Below, piece after piece: positions 50,671 to 64,000 of a DNA stretch of 64,000 nucleotides. The notes beneath the pieces were generated by a model. The model did no database searches, was not told where the DNA came from, and saw only the letters and a program-made list of their open reading frames with translations. The translations under genes were made by a program, and so were the position numbers. Every line of letters starts with the position of its first letter. Position 1 is the stretch's first letter. Source of the stretch: Eremomyces bilateralis CBS 781.70 (taxonomy: Eukaryota); the NCBI GenBank assembly GCA_010015585.1, contig ML975151.1; one strand, written 5' to 3'.

Positions 50671-51080
50671 GTTCTGCCTGGAGATCAATGGACATCAATC
50701 CATTGACGATAAGCCGTGGATGTAGGAGCAGTTGGGATACTGTAGGGAATGTGAACAACGAATTCACCATGTCAAATGAACAGAAAACCTGCAGGGGGGT
50801 CTTCCTGCAATCCTGCTCCACAGAATTCTGCATGGGCCATGGAGCTGGAGAGGTGATGCTTGGCGCTACGACCGCGTCTCCGAACTGTCTGCCTTCACAG
50901 CTTCACCTCAAGCTTCATTCATCGTGTTCACCTTAACCTTCCTTCTCTTTGATTTACCTTCTCCAACTCTCCTGATCTTCATTCGAATCCCGGAGTGATA
51001 CTCTCCATCATCTACAGGTTCCTACTCATACCGATTTGTCAACCCCTTAGCAAGACATCATCCCCAGCTTCCTATCAACC

Positions 51081-51853
51081 ATGGTGAGCACAGCTCCTTG
51101 TCACCGATCTCCGTATAACCAGAGCTAACCGTCCGTGCAGTCGTCTCCATTCTCAATAAGTACGCCTACTCGTCCATTACAAAGCCAAAGGTTCGATTCT
51201 GACAGCTCTAGATGGCGGCGCCTGTGTGGCAATGGTCGGGAAGGATTGTGTCGCGATTGCTTGTGACCTCCGGCTGGGTCTCCAAGCCCTGACCGTCTCC
51301 AACAACTTCCCAAAGATATTCCCCTACGGCGACGTATACCTTGGCCTCACAGGTCTAGCAACCGATATTGCAACCGTCTCCGATCTGTTCCGCTTCAAGG
51401 TCAACATGTACCGATTGCGGGAAGAACGTAATATCAGCCCTCAGACCATGGCCAATCTCGTGTCCTCGACCCTCTACGAACGACGATTCGGTCCCTATTT
51501 CATCAGCCCTGTCATTGCAGGAATCAACCACACATCGGGGAAACCATTCATCTGCGGATTCGACAGTATCGGCTGCATCGACTTCGCTAAGGACTTCATC
51601 GTGAGCGGGACCGCCAGTGACCAACTATTTGGTACTTGCGAAGGGCTGTGGGAGCCTGACTTGGTACAACCCAAAACACTCTGTTGATGGACGTCGCTAA
51701 TAGGAACAGGAACCGGAAGATTTGTTCGAAACCATTTCCCAAGCCTTGCTGAGCGCAGTCGACCGAGATGCCTTGTCAGGCTGGGGAGCACACGTCTATA
51801 TCATCGAGAAGAACAAGGTCACCAAGCGATTATTGAAAGGACGGCAGGATTAG
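51081..51853 (+). CDS. PUP3: 20S proteasome subunit beta3
   Basis: [62 protein letters not shown]-only first coding exon and 19-nt second exon. Confidence 0.96.
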
Positions 51854-52070
51854 ATGGGAAGACATGTTGGTACTCGATGCATCCATATCATGCCAAAGGA
51901 GTTCTGGTTCGGGCTCTTTTCCGCTACTGTATGCTGCTAGAAGTTCAGCACAATACCCAAGCGCTGGCTAATGACATCACCAAATCCGCAGCCCATTTGC
52001 TGATTACTCGTGATAATGCAGAGATATCCAAAGGCTCAACAGCTCATCTCCACCACTGCGCAGCCGTTAA

Positions 52071-52883
52071 TTACATCATGTCAAGATCCTGATCTTGTGC
52101 GTGGTATACCTCCGTCTCCTTCATTTGATTGAATGACCACCGATTTTCCATGTCCTCAACGCACCCTTTGTGCATATCCCTTCCCGGGCCTTTGTATACC
52201 GGGTCCGTTGCCTGGTTGTATTTGGTAGTCTCTTGCAGCATGGACTGCGTCTGGTTATCATAATCTCGGCTTGCCAGATAATCATACCCAGAGATCATAT
52301 ATGGCTCAGCGTGATGATGTCCTTGACCTTGGCCGTCTATGAGATCGATGTCCGGCGCCGGTCCATTCCGGGTTTCCGATGTTTTTCTATCCGTGAGCTG
52401 GCCCGGCTTGGGATATCCCTCGTACCGCAACCGTGCCATTTCTTCCTCATCGTTTATCCTCGTTGATTGAACCCCGGCATAATCCCCCGTCCCGTTCATG
52501 CTAACGTCGGTCGGCGGCGAAATCCTCCATAACTCCAACAACCGCAACCGTTGCTCATCATCCGCATTCTGGAAAAGATTGATCTGCTGTGGAAGGAGAC
52601 TGTGAGGGTCGATACTATGCCTATGCAGGACATCTGCTAACCCCGCTTGATCTAGATGAATCACTGGTTGAGTCCATCGAGGTGCAATGTGGCTCGAGTG
52701 GGTGTAATGCTGGGAAATGTAGGTAATCGGCGGTTCAGGCTCCATGGTTTCTGTTGCCTGCATGTTCGCATCTTGAGGTTCTCCTTTTCCTGACCATGTC
52801 TCTTCGTTGTACTGGATGCCATCGACGTTCCCAGACAGGCGAAGATTCTGTCGTAGAAGGGCTGAAAGTTCCTCTGTCTCCAT
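52071..52883 (-). CDS. Conserved uncharacterised fungal protein
   Basis: 270-aa ORF with good start context (CCACCATGG) and motif-like blocks ITYISQHYTHSSH, LFQNADDEQRLRLLELWRISPP, AEPYMISGY, YNQATDPVY. Confidence 0.75.
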   Translation of the reverse strand: METEELSALLRQNLRLSGNVDGIQYNEETWSGKGEPQDANMQATETMEPEPPITYISQHYTHSSHIAPRWTQPVIHLDQAGLADVLHRHSIDPHSLLPQQINLFQNADDEQRLRLLELWRISPPTDVSMNGTGDYAGVQSTRINDEEEMARLRYEGYPKPGQLTDRKTSETRNGPAPDIDLIDGQGQGHHHAEPYMISGYDYLASRDYDNQTQSMLQETTKYNQATDPVYKGPGRDMHKGCVEDMENRWSFNQMKETEVYHAQDQDLDMM

Positions 52884-54595
52884 GGTGGACTTGTATCCTG
52901 TATTCCACGAGTTTCCTGTGGAGGACTCGTCAGTGGGCGAGGAACGCGGCAGCGACTTTCGTGAAATCCGGGCGACTCAACAAATCCCAAGCTCTTCAAT
53001 GAATGATGTGTGCTGTGGAACAATCTTATATGGACATGCTCCCCCACCATAAAAAATGTAAGGATTGTGACGTGCCGGATTTGATTGCAACCTTCAGTGC
53101 TAGAGTAAATTGGTGTTTGCCTGCAGATGCATTCGAATCTTCAAAACGGATCGAGGAATTGAAAACAACGGAGGCGTACACGAAAAATTCGATATGACCA
53201 GGCCTGCAGTTGAAGATATGCTCGCTTGGGAATGGTTAGAGTTTGTCAATAGTCGAAGATGGCTTTATCACTGGGTGGATCGTCGACGGGTAGGAACGGA
53301 CAGCAAGGTTCGACTTTCCAAAAAATCGATCCAAATATGTTTTTACAACAATGGACTTTTATGAAGTAACTCTTATGAAGTAGATTCGATGTTGCCTGTT
53401 GGTGCTAAATAGATCCCTGGTCTTTGTGAACGGTTGGAGGCAACCGTTACTAGCAACAAAGAGCTCAGGCGTTATTCAAGAAATTCGAAGCTGGCCAACT
53501 CTCGCGTAAGCGGGGATTCCAGCTGTGAAAACTCGGTCAATCAGTGGATTGTTTTGTGAATAGATGCGAAATATGAAGATTGAACGCAGATGAAACAACT
53601 TACGGTGGACGGTCGATACCGGTATATCGAGCCCTTCATCCGAACTGTCGGAACAGGGGACTCAAGCTTGGTGGGGGCGTGACATGTACTGGTGATCAGT
53701 GATGACATGGCAAAGACAGGCGCTGCTTATATTTCTTGAAATAACTTAGCTCGCATTAGGTCAAAGCCAATCGGCCTGGTATTGGTGTGTAAAAGGAAAA
53801 GGTGCGGAGCGATGTTTATTGTCATTCGTCTGCCCAGCTTATCGTGAGATGTTTGATCAGTCGACAGAGTGGCTGCGGGGTCATACAACGAGACTAGCAG
53901 AATGGAATTGTGTAGACATATCATATCCATTCTCTACTAGCTAGTGGGATCGATTGATCTTCCATCCTACTAGCAAGCTGTTGAGAGGGCGATTCTCTGT
54001 CTTGGTGCTTAAAATGCAGAATATAGGAAATTATACATGGCATACCACCCCCTGTCGGGTTACGGTCGTGATCGTAATACACGAAACATTCCATTACCTA
54101 TTCTAGCAACAAGTCTTTCGCATAATGGCTCAGCTATGTAACCTATGTTCTACTCCGTGTTCACCCTCTCAGAATCCGTGGTGGGAGTTGCTTCACCGGG
54201 ATATAGATCTGATGGGATGGCTGCCTGGGCGGTGATCAGTGGCTGTCGTGGCGGTGGCGGTGACGCTGTGAAGGGGTCGCTACCGCACCGGTCCAGGTCA
54301 GGTGTTAAGGCGTCAAGGCGTCAAGTCGCGTTTCGAGCTCCTTTGCAACCAACAGCCAAAGTCCAAGCTTCACCTCCCAGACACGCACTCATCATGCAGC
54401 CTAAGTAACTTGAACTTCCACTCGACAATCCGACACCGTTCATAACGAGACTGGATTTTGAGCATTATCCCTATCATTTCCGCTTCTCCTGAACCTTTCC
54501 TCTCGAATCACCGCCTTTCCAATCTTCCTGCAAGCTCGCCGTCCTTTCACCTCCTGCTCAGCTTGCTTCCGGACCTGCACATCTAGTTGCCGACC

Positions 54596-55699
54596 ATGGT
54601 AAGACTTCCCTAGCTAGGTGACCTACATGATCGTACACCTTACTAACTATGATCGCAAGACTTCAATAGGCACTGGATATGATCTTTCCAACTCGGTCTT
54701 CTCCCCGGACGGGAGGAACTTTCAGGTCAGCTTTGCTCCCCCATCTCCCCAGTCCCCGAGCTTACCCGCGCCTAGGTCGAATATGCCATGAAAGCGGTCG
54801 AGAATGGAGGAACTGCGATCGGAATTCGATGCAAAGACGGTGTTGTCTTTGCCATGGAGAAGCTTGTGGTCAGCAAATTGGTGAAGCCTGGCGCAAACAA
54901 GAAGATATCGACTGTGGACAAGAACATTGGGATTGTAAGCATCCTGGAGCCTGGCATCATCCATTTCACAACATCCTGACAGCCATAGGTCTGCTCCGGT
55001 CTGATGCCGGATGGACGACATTTCGTTTCCCGTGCTCGTGATGAAGCGGCATCATGGCGAGGGCTCTACAAGGCACCGATACCGACATCCGCCCTCGCAA
55101 ACCGAATGGGAAGCTATGTTCAGGCATATACTCTCTACTCCAGCGTTCGACCGTTCGGTCTTACATCAATCCTTGGTGGTTGGGACTCGGAGGCCGAGTT
55201 ACCGGTGGATGGACAGGTTGGCTCGGGACCGAAAGTGGGTGCGGGAGGGAAAAAGGAAGGCCAGAAACGAGGTGGTCCATTCCTTTATATGATTGAGCCA
55301 AGTGGTCTATACTGGGTACGCTTTGATTCAATACTCCTGCGATCTATCGCTAATGATATCTAGGGGTATTACGGTGCCGCTACTGGAAAGGGCAGACAAT
55401 CCGCGAAATCGGAGCTCGAGAAACTCAATCTTTCCGAAGGCGACATCACTCTTGAGCAGGGAGTCAAGGAAGCAGCACGTATCATTTATGTGGCTCACGA
55501 AGACAGCAAGGACAAAGACTTTGAGCTTGAGATGTCGTGGGTTAGCTCATTAGATGGACCAACGAAAGGACGACATGAGGAGGTCCCAAAGGCTTTGAGA
55601 GAAGAAGCCGAGGCTTTGGCCAAGAAAGTCATTGAAGGAGAAGATGATGATGATGAAGAAGCAGAAGGTGGAGCGACTGGCGATCAAATGGAGGAGTAG
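54596..55699 (+). CDS. PRE10: 20S proteasome subunit alpha7
   Basis: [73 protein letters not shown], acidic tail. Confidence 0.96.
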
Positions 55700-56001
55700 G
55701 GATGCTTAGCCCAACCTGCGGATGGTCTGGACTCTGGCGTCTTTGGCATGCATTTGCAACTGTAATGATATCCTGCGTCATTTCGGAGTAATTGAGCTTT
55801 GAAATCAAGATTCTAGAAGGATATTCATCAAGCGAACAACACTGGGGCTGCTCTATCCATTGTAACGACCATCAAGGCACACCATCGGAAAGGCATGTTA
55901 CAACCAGTGTCAATGTGGTCATCAGGACGATGAAGGGGGTATCACATAAATCTGATTATGCTAACCAGCTGCGAGAACGCTTCATCCGCCAATTCCCAGA
56001 T

Positions 56002-56766
56002 CTAATTCCCAGAACCACCTGCCCGAGGAAGTTCAATGTCTACTAGCCAGGGCCATTGTACGGGAAAGTCCTTAGTCCCTGAGACTATTGCATTCACGAA
56101 TAGTGTCGGCTCTCCCTGTCTCAGGATATTCATCCCCAACGCAATGGCTGGCTCTTGCACATATCTCTCTTCTCAACCGCTCCAACATCTTCTTTTTCTC
56201 ATCCTCCGTATAGAATTTGGATAGTTTTAGGCTTGCTAGCTTTCCTAACGGGGAATTCGTTGTTATCGATGGCCGTGAAGTGACTTTGGTCTCTCCCCAT
56301 ACGTCTCGAGATCCCCTTAGATCATCAGTTTTGCGCCCCAGCCTTCGTGGATACGTCCGAAACAATGAATTCGTGGCCTAGCACGAGCAACGGCTACGAA
56401 AAGTTCCAGACACCCTATCCTTCCCTGGCCATAGGCATGATCCATGATACCCTTTGGTAGACCATGTGTAAGGGCGATGTCGACTGTCTCAATGTCGAAA
56501 TCATGCCCACGTTCAGGATGATATTGAAACCCCCATGCACCCAAAGCGGGCGTAAACGGACTGGTGTAAACCCTCAGTGCCGCACCATTATTGGGAGTGA
56601 ACTGGTCAGAACCTTCTTCAAGGAAGGTTTTCCCTGCATCCTGCGCGTCGGGTAAGGATCCATATCTTGATCGTATTTCCATCTTGCTGGATGGAGATGG
56701 AGGCAAATAGTATGGTTCGGGGATAGTTTGTTCTAAACTTGACCTTGTGCTTTCGTATGTCTCCAA
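56002..56766 (-). pseudogene. Calcineurin-like metallophosphoesterase (MPPED/239FB-like) pseudogene, 5'-truncated
   Basis: VYTSPFTP..WGFQY, VDIALTHGLP, GC.EL..AV.RARPRIHCFGRIHEGWG, in-frame TAA, frameshifts, then TLFVNA..PWLVDIELP. I found no N-terminal DxH, GD or GNH motifs. Confidence 0.8.
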
Positions 56767-57349
56767 GGTGGATGCTCTACAAGGTATGTTTGAACTGTGA
56801 CAAGGTCGGTTATGTAGGGAAGATCCAGGAGAATAGGACCCTTGATAGCACTATGGTCGAGAGGGATGAATTTCGTCATGACAATACTTAGGGAATTAGG
56901 GGCTTGATGACATCTGTAGAATATTCGAGAGAGGATGGAGGAAGTGTATTAAAGAATATTAGATCCTGAGGCTGCATCAACCGTACAGTAAATTATGACA
57001 CCGTCTTGAAGCTGTCTGGCTGCCTGTCCCACTGTAACTGAGATCCAACATTTCAAACTCACGATGTAAGTATAGATACATGAGGCAGGTATCTGGTGGT
57101 CTAGAACTAAACTTTGAGTTGCCTAGTGAGCTACTGGTATCCCGTCAACCAGGTTTCCCCTCAATCCAATTGAAGTTGGTTCAGTACCACAGAGTCCATC
57201 TGTAGATAATACGTTCATCCATTTTTGAACTCAAATATACCTGCAGAAAAACACGTCGGCTCCAACCCCCGGCTATGCAATGTGACAGATTGGACGCCTC
57301 GGATTCTGTGATATTAGGCTTCGCCCTTTTTCATGGGCATTTCTAGGCC

Positions 57350-58915
57350 ATCAGATTGTGATGAGTTTGGAAGGGAACCTGATAGGGGATAGACTCCGTA
57401 GAGACCTTGTCGGCGTGAGGTCATCAATTGTAGATATCAGAAAATCCCCCAAGACAAATGCCTCAAGTCCTAGCTCTTCCACAAATCAAGAACGATATGT
57501 CGGATCATTCGAAAGGAACCACCGAGTTTCGCATCCCGGAGCTTTGCAAAAAACCAGGATATCATTCCCCTCTCCCCAAGCCTCTGCATTCAGGTACACA
57601 CATCTCGGATCGGGAAACCCATGAAGACTGGTTGGCAAACAATGGAAGGACTGAAAGGATTCAAGAAGATTCCTTCCTCATGAAATGGACTGTGGTATTC
57701 AGACGGAACACTCTGGTTGTAGAATAATGTAGGAAACCCGGTGTTTAGGGGTTTGGTAACATACGTTACTTCATGTCTGACAGAACGATACCGTAGAATA
57801 CCTACTTTAAGACAAGGAATAGTTTGCTCAAAAGCAAGAAGAGGATGGTGATGAACGACTTTCTCCATTCTCGACGAAGAGATGACTTCCTCCGCAGACA
57901 GGAGACGTGGTAAGCTGCCCCTGCAATTACCGCTCGATCTTGGAAAGTACAAGCGAGGAACCATGTGCAACATGTTTTCGTATCCCAATATCTTGCTCCC
58001 TCCAATGGTCCTATTGAAAACCCCAAACCTGTTCTTCTGTGCCTAGTAGTGACAGAAACCATAACGATAGTCCACGTTCGAACGCACAGCATCATCATGC
58101 GATGGTACGTCTTGATTAGCTTTGAGGCGATGGAGCTCCATGTTGCTATTATTATTCACGATTCGCGCCTCATCGCTGTTCCGCCCCAATACCCACTGTT
58201 CTGATATTTCCCCCTGCATTTGAAGCACCTGGTGTCCGGGTAACCGAGATCCAAGCAGCGCCATTTCGCATGGCGTCTCCTCAGTCCTTGGTCCTCATTT
58301 CTCACCCCACGCCTCAAAGCAAAAGTCCAAAGGAGTCAATTGGAGGCTGGAGCTGAACAATTGAAGAATCAAGAAACCATCCGTGATGAATTGATGATCC
58401 AACTGAATGGTGTGGATTGTGGATCCAAATCAGAAACGCGGACGCTCCGCCCTGCCGATCAATAATTACCGGCCATAGCGTGCGGAAAGTTTGCAGCGCC
58501 CCAGAGACCGATTCCACCACTGCCCTAGCGTTTTCATGGTCAGATCCAGAGCACAGTCGGCTTTGCCAGTCGCCACCAACGTCGGATGCTGGATACCGAA
58601 TACGCCACCGAAGATGAAGGCGATGTTCGTGACAGACATAGAAGAGCAATTCAGACGTGAAAAAGGCATGAGTAGATGAATCGAGCCTCGTGGTCTTCGG
58701 CATGGATGGAATGTGGGCCAATTCCAAGTTCATGGAGGGCTGATTCGGTTTCATCAGGGTCATCCTGTTCCTGAATCGGAAAATTTCCAGGGGAACGCCC
58801 ATCAACGATTCAAGTCTGGGAAACTAGGGGAAGACCCTCCAAGCTCGAACCATACCATCGTGCATATCGTTGGATAGAGATTCAAGAATGGAGATGGGAC
58901 GTGCCGAAATTCCAT
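57350..58915 (-). pseudogene. Possible decayed F-box-like/2EXR-type gene
   Basis: ATG 58915 gives SPFLNLYPTICTMVWFEL (cf. sPfl.LP.EiR.mIw) then a stop. LLFYVCHEHR (cf. L..vc.EsR) appears in another frame; fragmented ORFs follow downstream. Confidence 0.35.
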
Positions 58916-59515
58916 GGCTGGATTCTGCGGTTTCTAGGGCTAATATTACTCCGCCTCAAAGACTCGGGCTAGAGCGTCAAGAATCAGGACTTGCCGACTT
59001 GGTGAGCTGAGAGCCTGAGAAGTAAGAAAAGCCCGGATGGGAGAAAGATCTGCACTCAGTTGGTGCCGAAAGTGGGTCGGCTAGTTGCTGGTTTGTGTAG
59101 TGTACGGGAATATAAGAAATCTGAGCTCTAGATAGCAGATGGAAGGATATTAATAAGGACCAGGACCATATTGGTCATTATTGGATAGCTTGCATCCACC
59201 TTGTGTGTCTTTCTGTGTGTCCTGTGCGTCTTGTCCTCACCGTCTTCGTTTCACCCCTCCATCCCTCCAACCACCAGCCATCCTACTATCATCATTCACT
59301 ACTTCGGCGTCGTACACCACCATTTTAAATAGGCTCATTACCGCCTCCGTTTCGTGTCAACATCCTCATCTTCTCTCCCTCTACTTCGGCTCCCGATTGT
59401 GTCTGTTCCTCCAATCTCTACCGCCACCACTTCTACACGAACCATCTCCAAGCCCCCTCTCCTCAACAGCTTATTTTAGGCGATTCGGTTCGCTGACACC
59501 CTCACCTCTACAGCC

Positions 59516-61833
<2,318 letters not shown>

Positions 61834-62547
61834 GGATAGTACTCGTTGTCGTGTCGTCGATCATCGATGGCATCGACTGGGGCGAGAAGGCGTCTTTGGC
61901 AGCAAAAATGCATCGCTTGGGGAGGGAATTTATGACCCACCGGTTGGATTTATGGATTCACCAGAAACGAAGGAATGGTCTGATGGTATTGCAGTGATGG
62001 TCATTATGTGTGGTAATTCGATGAATGAATTTTGACGTTTACTGATTTACAAGTGTGAAAGGGATGTACATTTGTGTTGAGTTGGCGATGGAGAATCGTA
62101 ATGTGATGGATTTGAAATGGCACGTGTGAAGAACATTCGTTGCGTATGTATCTGAATTTGTCAACTGATGAAGCTAGAGTGCTCTAATTAATGGTGACGC
62201 TGATCTGGACATTGAGGTTGCAGAGCTGAGGGAGTTATTGCCTCAGGCAGAATATCCAAGGTCACGTGCGAGCAGGGATATGATTGTTTCTGCCTTGGAG
62301 CCTTGGAGCCTGAGGCCGAACATTGTGGGGGAATTCCGCTGTCCCTCCACAGCCCACACAGGTCAGCAGCATCGCGATGAGAACCACGATCAACATGAAC
62401 CGAGACCGCCCGGTTTGACCTTCCATTGGACATTGAATCTACACTATTGTTCATCAAGCTACTCGAGTCATCGGGTTGTTGTGGTGGGATATATTACTGC
62501 CTCCAGTACACTACTCACCGAAGAGCCGAGTTCACAACATCGACATC

Positions 62548-63342
<795 letters not shown>

Positions 63343-63537
63343 TAAACCCGAGTAAGGGACAATCGAGAATAGTTAGCATGATATGTATTGCGCACGATCT
63401 GGAGCACGTGAGGCGTGTACTTGTGTTCTGGAATCATACCAGTAGCTGTCCGGGTTCCGCACTCGTGTTGCAGTTGTCAGTCGTAGTTGATGGGTGATAC
63501 ACGTAAGATAGGTGGAAAGGTGACTGATGAATTGGTT

Positions 63538-63663
63538 GGATTGAATGGATTGAATGGATTGAATGGATTGAATGGATTGAATGGATTGAATGGATTGATT
63601 GATTGAATGGATTGAATGGATTGAATGAATTGATTGAATTGATTGATTGAATGGATTGAATGG
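63538..63663. repeat. Minisatellite of 9-bp GGATTGAAT units with degenerate GATT/GAAT interruptions
   Basis: Seen directly: a run of perfect copies followed by decayed copies. Confidence 0.93.
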
Positions 63664-64000
63664 AACTTATATCCGATCGCGGTGTGTATCCAGAGTAATA
63701 AGAGGAAGACGCGCCCCTTGCAATCTTGGCGTCGAAGATTCAGCGCACGTTCACCTCCAGTCAGTCGTTCAGTTGTTCTTGGTGCACTCCCATCATCAAC
63801 TTCACCCTTGACCAGACTGCCACCTGGAATGCATCTCTCTTCTCTCCTTCCGTCCTCTCTCCTTCTCATTTCCTCAATTCCCTCAACACGTTCACGTGGC
63901 ATATTGGACGCATTACCGATTCGAACCATTTGATGCGACGTTGCGGACCTCGACCCACGGGCTCCTCACTCGCATCCATCCTCCCTATACGGCAATCCCG

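Noticed and set aside
53300..53320. GGTTCGA T-loop-like strings (also at 15661, 24856, 51190)
   Set aside because: No cloverleaf or A-box could be built around them, so they are not tRNAs.
63477..63929. 150-aa minus-strand ORF with NPF repeats (EH-domain-ligand-like)
   Set aside because: The NPF repeats are just the translation of the GGATTGAAT minisatellite, and the rest is not protein-like.

Overview
This is gene-dense eukaryotic DNA from a filamentous ascomycete fungus (Pezizomycotina; Eurotiomycetes-like is my inference). Introns are short GT..AG with CTRAC branch points. About 27 protein-coding genes are present, mostly core housekeeping: hxB/MOCOS (absent from the ORF track because it runs off the left edge), WD40-cyclophilin, a CAP protein, securin, tropomyosin, Rrp17, a C2-domain protein, Snd2, Met16, Gdb1, Arl2, Gpd1, Kin28, Fyv4, an amino-acid permease, a long WRN-type exonuclease, Trm112, SERCA, a hybrid histidine kinase, Big1/Voa1, MrpL25, Pup3, an uncharacterised conserved protein, Pre10, Gfa1 and Rib4. 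There are also two pockets of decaying coding sequence (about 46.6-47.7 kb and 56.0-58.9 kb) and a few micro/minisatellites. I found no rRNA, tRNA, CRISPR array or intact transposon, and no clearly novel multi-gene system. The best leads are single-locus ones: a C2 protein fused to an uncharacterised enzyme-like domain, a CAP protein with a degenerate tetrad and a large insertion, an over-long DEDDy exonuclease, a structured uORF-rich leader, a possible 7-nt microexon in GFA1, and recurring promoter motifs. All gene identities come from motif recognition by eye; no database search was run.
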